From NCBI GenBank assembly GCA_030537635.1, contig JAUNVM010000002.1, positions 47,049 through 111,048 on the forward strand: DNA of 64,000 nt. Reading direction: 5' to 3'. The notes beneath the pieces were generated by a model. The model saw only the letters and a list, made by a program, of their open reading frames with translations, was not told the origin of the DNA and did not search any database. The DNA comes from Flaviflexus sp. Lineage in GTDB: Bacteria; Actinomycetota; Actinomycetes; Actinomycetales; Actinomycetaceae. A program made the translations under genes and the position numbers. Shown here piece by piece: positions 56,632-64,000 of the stretch; position 1 is the first letter of the stretch; each line of letters starts with the position of its first letter.

Positions 56632-57533
56632 GAGATGACATGACTAAGCAACCAGCATTGGATCCGACGCTCACCGATACCGCGCTGATCTTTGAGGGCG
56701 GGGGCATGAGGTGTGCGTCCTCGGCCCCGATCGCCCAGGCGCTGCTAGAAAACGAGATCTACTTCCCGTGGGTGGGCGGAATCTCGGCCGGCTCCTCGAA
56801 TACCGTCAACTATCTATCGCGCGATATTGTGCGCACCCGGCTGTCCTTCACGGACTTTGCCGCCGACCCCAACTTCGGTAATCTGCGCACGCTTCTGCAG
56901 GGCAAGGGCTTCTTCAACGCCCAGTACATCTATCAACACACCTCCGAGCCCGATGAGGCGCTCCCCTTCGACTTCGACACTTTCTACCGGCAGACCGCCC
57001 GCCTCACCATCGGGGCTTTCAACGCAAACAGCGGAGAGACGGTGTACTGGCATAACGAGGACATGGTCGAGCCGATCGACGTCATGCTGCGCGTCCAGGC
57101 CTCCTCGACCATGCCGGCAATCATGCCAATCTGCGAGATTGACGGTGAAGAATACGTCGACGGTGCCCTCGGAGTGTCCGGCGGGGTGCCGCTGGATGCC
57201 GCGATGGCAGACGGGTATGAGAAGTTCCTCGTCGTTCTCACCCGGCCCCGTAACTTCGTCAAGCCCGAGGTTCCCCGCCCGAATCTGCTGCGGCGCACCT
57301 TCAGCTCTCACCCGGCCATTGCCGAGTCCCTCATTGACCGGCCCCGCCGATACAACGAGACGAAGCGGAAGCTCTTGGAGCTCGAGGAGGAGGGCCGGGC
57401 GATCTTGTACTTCCCGGAGGAGATGCCGCTGACCTCCCGCACGCGCAATGTGCGCCGGCTGCGCGAGGCCTACGAGGATAATCTTCAGCGCGCCCGCCAG
57501 CTACTGCCCAGCTGGCTCGATTTCCTCAGCTGA
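56628..57533 (+). CDS. Patatin-like phospholipase
   Basis: From ATG 56628: FEGGGMRCA (oxyanion hole), GISAGS (GxSxG) and YVDGALG (catalytic Asp). ATGA overlap with crcB. Confidence 0.8.
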   Translation: MRDDMTKQPALDPTLTDTALIFEGGGMRCASSAPIAQALLENEIYFPWVGGISAGSSNTVNYLSRDIVRTRLSFTDFAADPNFGNLRTLLQGKGFFNAQYIYQHTSEPDEALPFDFDTFYRQTARLTIGAFNANSGETVYWHNEDMVEPIDVMLRVQASSTMPAIMPICEIDGEEYVDGALGVSGGVPLDAAMADGYEKFLVVLTRPRNFVKPEVPRPNLLRRTFSSHPAIAESLIDRPRRYNETKRKLLELEEEGRAILYFPEEMPLTSRTRNVRRLREAYEDNLQRARQLLPSWLDFLS

Positions 57534-57616
57534 GCCGGCCTCCCACGGCACGACTCAATGGCGCAACAATCGCGGGCTGTGACCGGTAAGGTTGTGCCGT
57601 TGCAGGGTAAGGAGAG

Positions 57617-58564
57617 GTGATGGCGGGCGGACTTGTTGCGCTGTTTGACGATATTGCGGCGCTGGCGCGCATGGCGGCGGCATCGGTCGATGACGTGGCC
57701 GCTGGGGCGATGAAGGCGAGCGCAAAGGCCGCCGGTGTCGTCGTGGACGATACCGCGGTGACCCCGCAATACCTCGAGGGCATCTCTGCGCGCCGAGAGC
57801 TGCCGATCATCAAGAAGATCACCCTCGGTTCGCTGCGTAACAAACTCATCTTCATTTTGCCGGCCGCCCTCGCCCTGTCCCAGTTCGCCCCCTGGGCGCT
57901 CACCCCACTGCTCATGCTCGGCGGTACCTACCTGTGCTTTGAGGGCGCGGAAAAGGTGTGGGAGGCCCTGCGGGGCACGAAGGCCCACAAGGCGGATCCC
58001 CAGCTCCGTCAGGGTCCGGGCGCCGAGGATCGGGTGGTGTCCTCCGCGGTGCGCACGGACTTCATCTTGTCTTCCGAAATCATGGTCATCTCGCTGAACG
58101 AGGTGGCCAGCGAGAGCCTATGGGTGCGCGCCGGGATTCTCGTTGTCGTCGCCATCATCATCACCCTCGGCGTGTACGGGGTCGTCGCCCTCATCGTGAA
58201 GATGGATGACATCGGGCTGCACATGACGACGAAGGACTCTCCGTCCGCCCAGAAGTTTGGTCGAGGCCTTGTTGCCGCCATGCCCCGGGTGATGGATGCG
58301 ATTTCTTTCATCGGCACGCTCGCCATGATCTGGGTGGGTGGGCACATCATCCTGCACGGCATCTACGTCTTCGGCTTCCACCCCGTCCACGACTTCATCG
58401 CTTTCCTGGCGGGCGAGGTGGAGAATATCGCCGTCGTTGGCGGCCTGCTCGCCTGGCTCGCGGACACGATCGTTTCCCTTGTCTTCGGCCTGCTCTACGG
58501 TCTCCTCGTGCTCGGAATCGTCCATCCGATCGCGCACCGGTTCTCCTCGCGGGCCGCTGCCTGA
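57617..58564 (+). CDS. DUF808 (YedI-like) inner-membrane protein
   Basis: GGLVALFDDIAALARMAAASVDDVA..VVVDDTAVTPQY resembles the YedI N-terminus. AAGGAGAG Shine-Dalgarno upstream. Confidence 0.75.
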   Translation: MMAGGLVALFDDIAALARMAAASVDDVAAGAMKASAKAAGVVVDDTAVTPQYLEGISARRELPIIKKITLGSLRNKLIFILPAALALSQFAPWALTPLLMLGGTYLCFEGAEKVWEALRGTKAHKADPQLRQGPGAEDRVVSSAVRTDFILSSEIMVISLNEVASESLWVRAGILVVVAIIITLGVYGVVALIVKMDDIGLHMTTKDSPSAQKFGRGLVAAMPRVMDAISFIGTLAMIWVGGHIILHGIYVFGFHPVHDFIAFLAGEVENIAVVGGLLAWLADTIVSLVFGLLYGLLVLGIVHPIAHRFSSRAAA

Positions 58565-58641
58565 TCACTGCGTGACTTTCCCTGCTCGGCGCTAGTACCG
58601 GCGGGAGGGCACGGCTAGGATAAGCGCGGGAAGGAGGCGCC

Positions 58642-59484
58642 GTGGAGCCTGATCAGCTATTTCGTTTTCTCGACATTCTCGGTGTCGTCGCCAATGCCTT
58701 GCTCGGCGGCGCGGTGGCCCGGTCGAAGAACTTCGATGCCATTGGCTTTCTCATCCTCGCCATCATCTCGGGCATGGGCGGGGGCATGATCCGCGATGCT
58801 CTGCTCAACACGATGCCGATCGCGCTCACCGATCCCTGGTATTTGCCCTCCGCTATTGTCGCCGCCCTCATCGCCCTCGCCGTGGATACTCGGGGCACGT
58901 GGACCAACCGGATACTGCTCGTGGCTGATGCTCTCGTGCTCGGCTGTTGGTCGGCCACCGGGGCCTCTAAGGCCCTCTACGTGGGCCTCGGCGTCTTCCC
59001 CGCCATCTTCCTCGGGGTCATCACCGCCGTGGGCGGATCCATGCTCCGTGATGTCCTCGTTAACCGGGTGCCGGGCGTCTTTGGCGGCAATCCACTCTAC
59101 GCCTCCATCTCCATTCTCGGGGCCGGGATCATGGTGGTCTTCCAGTCCCAGGGGCTGCCCCTGTGGGGCATGAGCGTCTCCACCATCCTCTGTGCCTTGC
59201 TCGCCATCATTGCCCGCTGGCGGCGCTGGACCCTCCCCGCGGCTACCGCGCTCACCATGCCTCGCCCGCGCATTCCCGCGCACCTGCGCGACCGCACCTT
59301 CTACGGCAAGGCGGTGCCGCGCCGCAAGACCCGCCTGCCGCTGCGCCTCAGGTCCCGGCGCGCCGAGACCGGTCAAGCGTTATGGGAAGAGGCCGGTCAG
59401 TCCGGCTCTGCCGCCAATGATGGGATCGGGCCGGAGCCGGTCGAGGAACCGGGTGACGGGCGTGAGCCCGGCCCCCTGTCCTAA
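58642..59484 (+). CDS. Trimeric intracellular cation channel (TRIC/UPF0126, YadS-like) protein with a basic C-terminal tail
   Basis: Duplicated motif GMGGGMIRDAL / AVGGSMLRDVL, with seven hydrophobic helices. Confidence 0.75.
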   Translation: MEPDQLFRFLDILGVVANALLGGAVARSKNFDAIGFLILAIISGMGGGMIRDALLNTMPIALTDPWYLPSAIVAALIALAVDTRGTWTNRILLVADALVLGCWSATGASKALYVGLGVFPAIFLGVITAVGGSMLRDVLVNRVPGVFGGNPLYASISILGAGIMVVFQSQGLPLWGMSVSTILCALLAIIARWRRWTLPAATALTMPRPRIPAHLRDRTFYGKAVPRRKTRLPLRLRSRRAETGQALWEEAGQSGSAANDGIGPEPVEEPGDGREPGPLS

Positions 59485-59617
59485 TCCGGGTCTTGTCCTC
59501 AACCGATACGCCCGGGCGCTCTCGCCGGGGATCCACGCTCACCGCCGGCGGCCCTGTCGTCGGCACTCCTCAATCTCGCTACCCTCGAGTGGTCCCGGGG
59601 CTCGCTTTCCTGGTCTT

Positions 59618-60016
59618 CTAGGCCGCGGCGGGATCATCCTCGTGGAGGATGAACTGGTTTCCCTCGGTGTCGGCGAAACGGGCCTGCCAGCCCATCCCCG
59701 GCAGAGCGTAAGTCTCCCCTTCGGCGGTTCCACCGGACACGAGGATATGGGGCCGCAGCGCGGCAATCGTCGAGCAGGTGATGGTGAGGATAATGCCCGG
59801 CCCTCCGGGGGTACGGCGCGCGGCGATGGCGCCGTTGATGCCGGGCTCGCCCTCCGCGCCGGTGATGATGCCGACGTAGGGGCGGCCGTAGAACTCGCTC
59901 CAGTCCTCAAACACCCAGCCGAACACCCGGGAGTAGAAGTCGCAAGCCCGCTGCACATCATCGGCGGGAATTTCAAAATGCACTGGTCGCGCCATCGGGG
60001 TCCTTTCGCTGCTCAT
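59618..60016 (-). CDS. VOC/glyoxalase-family protein
   Basis: VHFEIPADDVQRACDFYSRVFGW..; C-terminal FADTEGNQFILHE. The probable true start is MARPVHF at 59995. Confidence 0.7.
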   Translation of the reverse strand: MSSERTPMARPVHFEIPADDVQRACDFYSRVFGWVFEDWSEFYGRPYVGIITGAEGEPGINGAIAARRTPGGPGIILTITCSTIAALRPHILVSGGTAEGETYALPGMGWQARFADTEGNQFILHEDDPAAA

Positions 60017-60110
60017 AGACTACCGCGAGCCGAGGTCATCCGTGGAAGCCGCCTCACATTGTCATCACGGTCGGATACCCTGGTGACGACGACACACCAA
60101 AGGAGCCGCT

Positions 60111-62321
60111 ATGCCGCGTATCATCTACACCCACACCGACGAGGCACCCATGCTTGCCACCGCCTCGTTCCTCCCCATCCTTCAGGCCTTCGCCGCCCAG
60201 GCTGGCGTCGAGGTTGCCACGAAGGATATTTCTCTCGCCGGGCGCATTGTCGCCACGCTGTCGGAAGAACTCCCGGAGGATCAGCGGGAGGATGACGCAC
60301 TCGCCGAGTTGGGTGATCTTGCCCAACAGCCCGAAGCCAATATCATTAAGCTTCCCAACATTTCCGCCTCACTGCCCCAGCTCAAGGCCGCCATTGCCGA
60401 GCTTCAGGCGCAGGGCTACGATCTGCCGGACTATCCGGATGAGCCGAGCACTGATGAGGAGAAGGAGATCCGGGCCCGCTATGACGCGGTCAAGGGATCT
60501 GCCGTCAACCCGGTTTTGCGCGAGGGTAACTCGGATCGGCGCGCCCCCCAGGCCGTGAAGAACTTCGCCCGCAACTACCCGCATTCCATGGGTACCTGGT
60601 CGGCCGACTCAAAGACCCGGGTGGCGACGATGGACGGGGATGACTTCCGCGCCAACGAACAGACCGTGGTCATGGAGGGGGCCGATGAGCTGTCCTTCGT
60701 TCACGTGGACGCGGATGGTAACGAAACCCAGCTGCGTGATCCGCTGCCGGTCGAGGAGGGGGAGGTCATTGACTCCACCGTGCTCTCGGCGGCCGCGCTC
60801 GACCGCTTCCTCGCCCAGCAGGTGGCCGCCGCCAAGGAGGACGATGTGCTGTTCTCCCTGCATCTCAAGGCCACGATGATGAAGGTCTCCGACCCGGTGA
60901 TCTTCGGCCACGGCGTGCGCGCCTTCTTCCCCCATACCTTCGCCCGCTACGGCGAGGATCTGCGCGCGGCCGGCCTCCAGGCCCGCAATGGCCTCGGCGG
61001 CATTCTCTCCGGCCTTGACGAGCTGGACAATGGCGAGGAGATCGCCGCGTCCTTCCGCGAGGAAATGGAGAAGGGCCCGCGCCTGGCCATGGTCAACTCT
61101 GATAAGGGCATCTCCAATCTGCACGTGCCCTCCGACGTCATCATCGACGCCTCCATGCCCGCCATGATCCGCATTGGCGGCCACATGTGGGGGCCGGAGG
61201 GCGAAGAGGACGATACTCTCGCCGTCATCCCGGACTCCTCCTACGCCGGGGTCTACCAGACGGTCATTGAGGACTGTAAGAAGAACGGTGCCTTCGACCC
61301 GACCACCATGGGTACGGTGCCGAATGTTGGTCTCATGGCCCGCAAGGCCGAGGAATACGGCAGCCACGATAAGACGTTCGAGATGTCGGAGGCCGGCACG
61401 GTTGAAGTGCGCGATGCGGCCGGCTCGGTTCTCATGAGCCACCCGGTGGCCGCCGGGGACATCTTCCGCGCCTGCCAGACCAAGGATGCTCCGATTCGCG
61501 ACTGGGTCTCCCTCGCCGTGAGCCGCGCCCGCATCTCCGGCATGCCCGCCATCTTCTGGCTGGATCCGGAGCGCTCGCACGACCGCGCGCTCACCGACAA
61601 GGTCAACACCTACCTGGGCGAGGAGGACACCGAGGGCCTCGACATCTCTATTGCCTCCCCGGTGGAGGCAACGAAGCGTTCCCTCGAGCGGATCCGCCGG
61701 GGCGAGGACACGATTTCCGTCACCGGCAACGTGCTGCGCGACTACCTCACCGACCTCTTCCCCATTCTCGAGCTTGGAACCTCGGCAAAGATGCTGTCCG
61801 TCGTGCCGCTCATGGCTGGCGGTGGCCTGTTTGAGACGGGCGCGGGCGGTTCCGCCCCCAAACACGTCCAGCAGCTCGTGGCCGAAAATCACCTGCGCTG
61901 GGATTCGCTTGGCGAATTCCTCGCGCTCGCCGAATCCTTCCGTCACCTCTCCCGCGAGGGAGTTGACCGGGCCGGTGTCCTCGCCAATGCCCTTGATGAG
62001 GCCACCGAGAAGCTGCTTGGCGAAGGCAAGTCTCCCTCGCGCAAGGTCGGTGAGATCGACAACCGAGGCAGCCACTTCTATCTCGCGCTCTACTGGGCCG
62101 AGGCTCTGGCCGCACAGGATGAGGATCCCGAGCTGGCCGAGCAGTTCGGCAAGCTGGCGAGCGACCTGCGTGCCTCCGAGGACACGATCGCGGATGAGCT
62201 CCTCGAGGTTCAGGGCGAGGAAGTTGACCTCGGCGGCTACTATCGCCCCGACGTTAACAAGGTGGCCGCGGTCATGCGCCCCTCACTTACCCTGAATAAC
62301 ATCATTGATCCGCTGCGATAA
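60111..62321 (+). CDS. icd: NADP-dependent isocitrate dehydrogenase, monomeric type
   Basis: 736 aa. [23 protein letters not shown] and the overall length are diagnostic of the monomeric IDH family. Confidence 0.95.
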   Translation: MPRIIYTHTDEAPMLATASFLPILQAFAAQAGVEVATKDISLAGRIVATLSEELPEDQREDDALAELGDLAQQPEANIIKLPNISASLPQLKAAIAELQAQGYDLPDYPDEPSTDEEKEIRARYDAVKGSAVNPVLREGNSDRRAPQAVKNFARNYPHSMGTWSADSKTRVATMDGDDFRANEQTVVMEGADELSFVHVDADGNETQLRDPLPVEEGEVIDSTVLSAAALDRFLAQQVAAAKEDDVLFSLHLKATMMKVSDPVIFGHGVRAFFPHTFARYGEDLRAAGLQARNGLGGILSGLDELDNGEEIAASFREEMEKGPRLAMVNSDKGISNLHVPSDVIIDASMPAMIRIGGHMWGPEGEEDDTLAVIPDSSYAGVYQTVIEDCKKNGAFDPTTMGTVPNVGLMARKAEEYGSHDKTFEMSEAGTVEVRDAAGSVLMSHPVAAGDIFRACQTKDAPIRDWVSLAVSRARISGMPAIFWLDPERSHDRALTDKVNTYLGEEDTEGLDISIASPVEATKRSLERIRRGEDTISVTGNVLRDYLTDLFPILELGTSAKMLSVVPLMAGGGLFETGAGGSAPKHVQQLVAENHLRWDSLGEFLALAESFRHLSREGVDRAGVLANALDEATEKLLGEGKSPSRKVGEIDNRGSHFYLALYWAEALAAQDEDPELAEQFGKLASDLRASEDTIADELLEVQGEEVDLGGYYRPDVNKVAAVMRPSLTLNNIIDPLR

Positions 62322-62359
62322 CCGGGGGATGTAGGGAGCTCGACTCGCTCCATTTGCTG

Positions 62360-62381
62360 CCGGCCCGCACATGCGGGCCGG
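62360..62381 (+). terminator. Stem-loop terminator downstream of icd
   Basis: Perfect 9-bp stem CCGGCCCGC / GCGGGCCGG with a 4-nt loop. Confidence 0.5.
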
Positions 62382-62387
62382 TAGCCT

Positions 62388-62840
62388 ATGGCCATGAAGA
62401 ACAACTTGGCGGCGCTCGTCGGCACGTGGCGAGGCGAAGGCCGCGGCTCGTACCCGACCATCGACGACTTCTTTTACACCGAAGAGCTCAACTTTCGGGA
62501 CGTCGGCAAGCCCTTTTTGATCTATACCCAACGGACCTGGAGCCCCAGCGGGGATCCCATGCATGTCGAGACGGGATATTTGCGTCCCTCCGGAGAGTTC
62601 ATCATCGCCCTGCCCACCGGTCAGGCCGAATGCGCGCAGGGCGAGATCACGACGCAGCCCGATGGGCTGCACATTGAACTTGAATCCGAGGTTCTCAATA
62701 CGAAGACGGCCAAGCCCGTCACCGGCATCCAGCGCATCTATCGCCTGCTCGGCGATGTTCTCGACTGCGAGATCAAGATGTCGACGCCCGACGTTGGCAT
62801 GACCACCCACCTCATCTCGCGCCTCATTCGTCAGCCCTAG
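62388..62840 (+). CDS. Nitrobindin/FABP-like heme-binding beta-barrel protein (DUF1794)
   Basis: LVGTWRGEGRGSYPTIDDFFYTEELNFRDVGKPFLIYTQRTW and a C-terminal His (TTHLISRL). The start may be the second ATG, at 62394. Confidence 0.7.
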   Translation: MAMKNNLAALVGTWRGEGRGSYPTIDDFFYTEELNFRDVGKPFLIYTQRTWSPSGDPMHVETGYLRPSGEFIIALPTGQAECAQGEITTQPDGLHIELESEVLNTKTAKPVTGIQRIYRLLGDVLDCEIKMSTPDVGMTTHLISRLIRQP

Positions 62841-62970
62841 CTGAGGCCCGCGGACACGTCCATCCCCGTTCAGCCTGCGTCACGCGGCGCCGGATGTGCC
62901 GGTCACCAGGAGGGTGCGTCCCGCTGTGCATAGCCTTCCCGGTAGCACCGCTGTCTTCTAGGCTGAGGCC

Positions 62971-63615
62971 ATGGATGACAAGGGGCGCCCGTCGTGGGCG
63001 AGCACGGAGATTGAGCGGCACTACTACGACACCGAGTGGGGAATGCCGGTCACCGATGAGGTCGGCGTTTTTGAGCGGCTCAGCCTCGAGGTCTTCCAGT
63101 GCGGCCTCGCCTGGCGCACCGTTTTGACCAAGCGGGAGGCGCTGCGTGCCGCCTTCGCGGATTTCCGTCCCGATCGCATTGCCCGCTTTACTGCGGTTGA
63201 CGTCGACCGGCTGCTGGCCACCCCGGGGATCATCCGGAATCGGCGGAAGATCATCGCGATTATCGGCAATGCGCACGCGACGCTCGACCTGCGCGAGACT
63301 CCTCCGCCGGGGCCGACCTCACCGGGCCGGGTGGAGGCCGGACTGCCGGCATTCCTGTGGTCCTATCGGGAGCGGTCCCCAGCCCCGGCCACCGAGGCCG
63401 ATATACCGGTCACGACGCCGCTCGCCCGTCAGGCCGCCACCGATCTCAAGGCGGCCGGCTTTTCCCACCTCGGGCCGGTCACCACCTATGCCGCCATGTC
63501 AGCCATCGGCATCGTCAACAACCACCTCGCCCACTCCTGGCGGCGTGAGCCGGTTGCCCGCGCCATCGCCCTCGTCACCGGGGAGAGTCAGCAGGAGGAT
63601 GAGGCCGAGACATAA
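62971..63615 (+). CDS. tag: DNA-3-methyladenine glycosylase I
   Basis: YYDTEWGMP, FERLSLEVFQCGLAW and GIIRNRRKIIAIIGNA are Tag family motifs. Confidence 0.8.
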   Translation: MDDKGRPSWASTEIERHYYDTEWGMPVTDEVGVFERLSLEVFQCGLAWRTVLTKREALRAAFADFRPDRIARFTAVDVDRLLATPGIIRNRRKIIAIIGNAHATLDLRETPPPGPTSPGRVEAGLPAFLWSYRERSPAPATEADIPVTTPLARQAATDLKAAGFSHLGPVTTYAAMSAIGIVNNHLAHSWRREPVARAIALVTGESQQEDEAET

Positions 63616-63619
63616 TGGA

Positions 63620-63649
63620 GGCGGGGCCCGGAATAATCCGCGCCCCGCC
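63620..63649. terminator. Stem-loop between convergent tag and PepSY genes
   Basis: 8-bp stem GGCGGGGC / GCCCCGCC around an AT-containing loop. Confidence 0.4.
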
Positions 63650-63674
63650 GTACCGTTCTCGCTCGGTGCGATGC

Positions 63675-64000
63675 CTAGTCGTCGAGGGTGACGTTGCCCG
63701 AGGCGGTGTCGACGTTGTATTCGGTCTCATCGCCATTAGCGTCGGTGATCTCCACCTCGTAGACCATGAGGCCATCATCCCACTGGAGCTTCCAGGAGGA
63801 CACCCGACCATCGGTCTGGTCCAGGGCCTTCGCCATGGCGTCCTCCGGGCTCATGGTGTCAAGGTCGATGGCCTTTTCCTGATCATCGGTCGAATCCACG
63901 TCCTTGTCGAGGATGTCGCCGGTGAATCCGTCCAGCTCAATCTCGATTTCCTGACCCTCGTTGAGGACTTCGGCCTCCCACTTCCACGTGTCGTAGTGAT
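63675..64000 (-). CDS. PepSY-domain protein; 5' end lies outside the window
   Basis: The reading frame stays open to the window edge. My own translation upstream of Met 63899 gives ..HYDTWKWEAEVLNEGQEIEIELDGFTGDILDKD. Together with SWKLQWDDGLMVYEVEITDANGDETEYNVDTASGNV this gives two PepSY-like repeats. Confidence 0.6.
   Translation of the reverse strand, partial: HYDTWKWEAEVLNEGQEIEIELDGFTGDILDKDVDSTDDQEKAIDLDTMSPEDAMAKALDQTDGRVSSWKLQWDDGLMVYEVEITDANGDETEYNVDTASGNVTLDD

Noticed and set aside
1-64000. Search for CRISPR arrays, transposases, integrases, phage genes, toxin-antitoxin pairs or known defence-system signatures
   Set aside because: I found no direct-repeat/spacer arrays, DDE or serine/tyrosine recombinase motifs, or small adjacent toxin-antitoxin-like gene pairs. 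The only nuclease/ATPase pair (51370-55087) looks like a chromosomal SbcCD/SbcEF-type repair module without accessory effectors.

Overview
GC-rich actinobacterial chromosomal window, with gene content and synteny that look Actinomycetales-like. I found no rRNA, tRNA, CRISPR array, transposase, integrase or prophage genes. The left third (1-23.1 kb) is a cell-wall glycopolymer locus. It carries homologues of all five enzymes of the WbpA/B/E/D/I route to UDP-2,3-diacetamido-2,3-dideoxy-mannuronic acid. It also carries a UDP-glucose 6-dehydrogenase, four GT-B glycosyltransferases, two GT2 enzymes (one paired with a DUF2304 membrane protein, one WbbL-like) and a Wzx-type flippase. The remaining genes are a ~15-TM membrane protein, an asparagine-synthase-like enzyme without the glutaminase cysteine, a secreted FG-GAP/DUF3152 metallopeptidase with an apparent 3' frameshift, and two tandem LCP ligases. 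The rest is mostly core metabolism and envelope functions: purEK, a GtrA-family protein, an OmpR-type two-component system and a class III nucleotide cyclase. It continues with DUF885, Maf, NUDIX, dapC-like, fdxA, VanW, typA, a peptide ABC importer, an M18 aminopeptidase and a ketopantoate-reductase-like/GNAT/HtrA-like operon with a divergent AraC regulator. The remaining genes are an S66 LD-carboxypeptidase, tpx, a hook-less SbcCD-like pair, RluA, paired crcB, patatin, DUF808, a TRIC channel, VOC, monomeric icd, nitrobindin, tag and a partial PepSY protein. No self-contained novel system such as a defence island is evident. The most interesting material is the composition of the glycan locus. 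All functional calls come from motif and family recognition by eye on the supplied translations; no searches were run.
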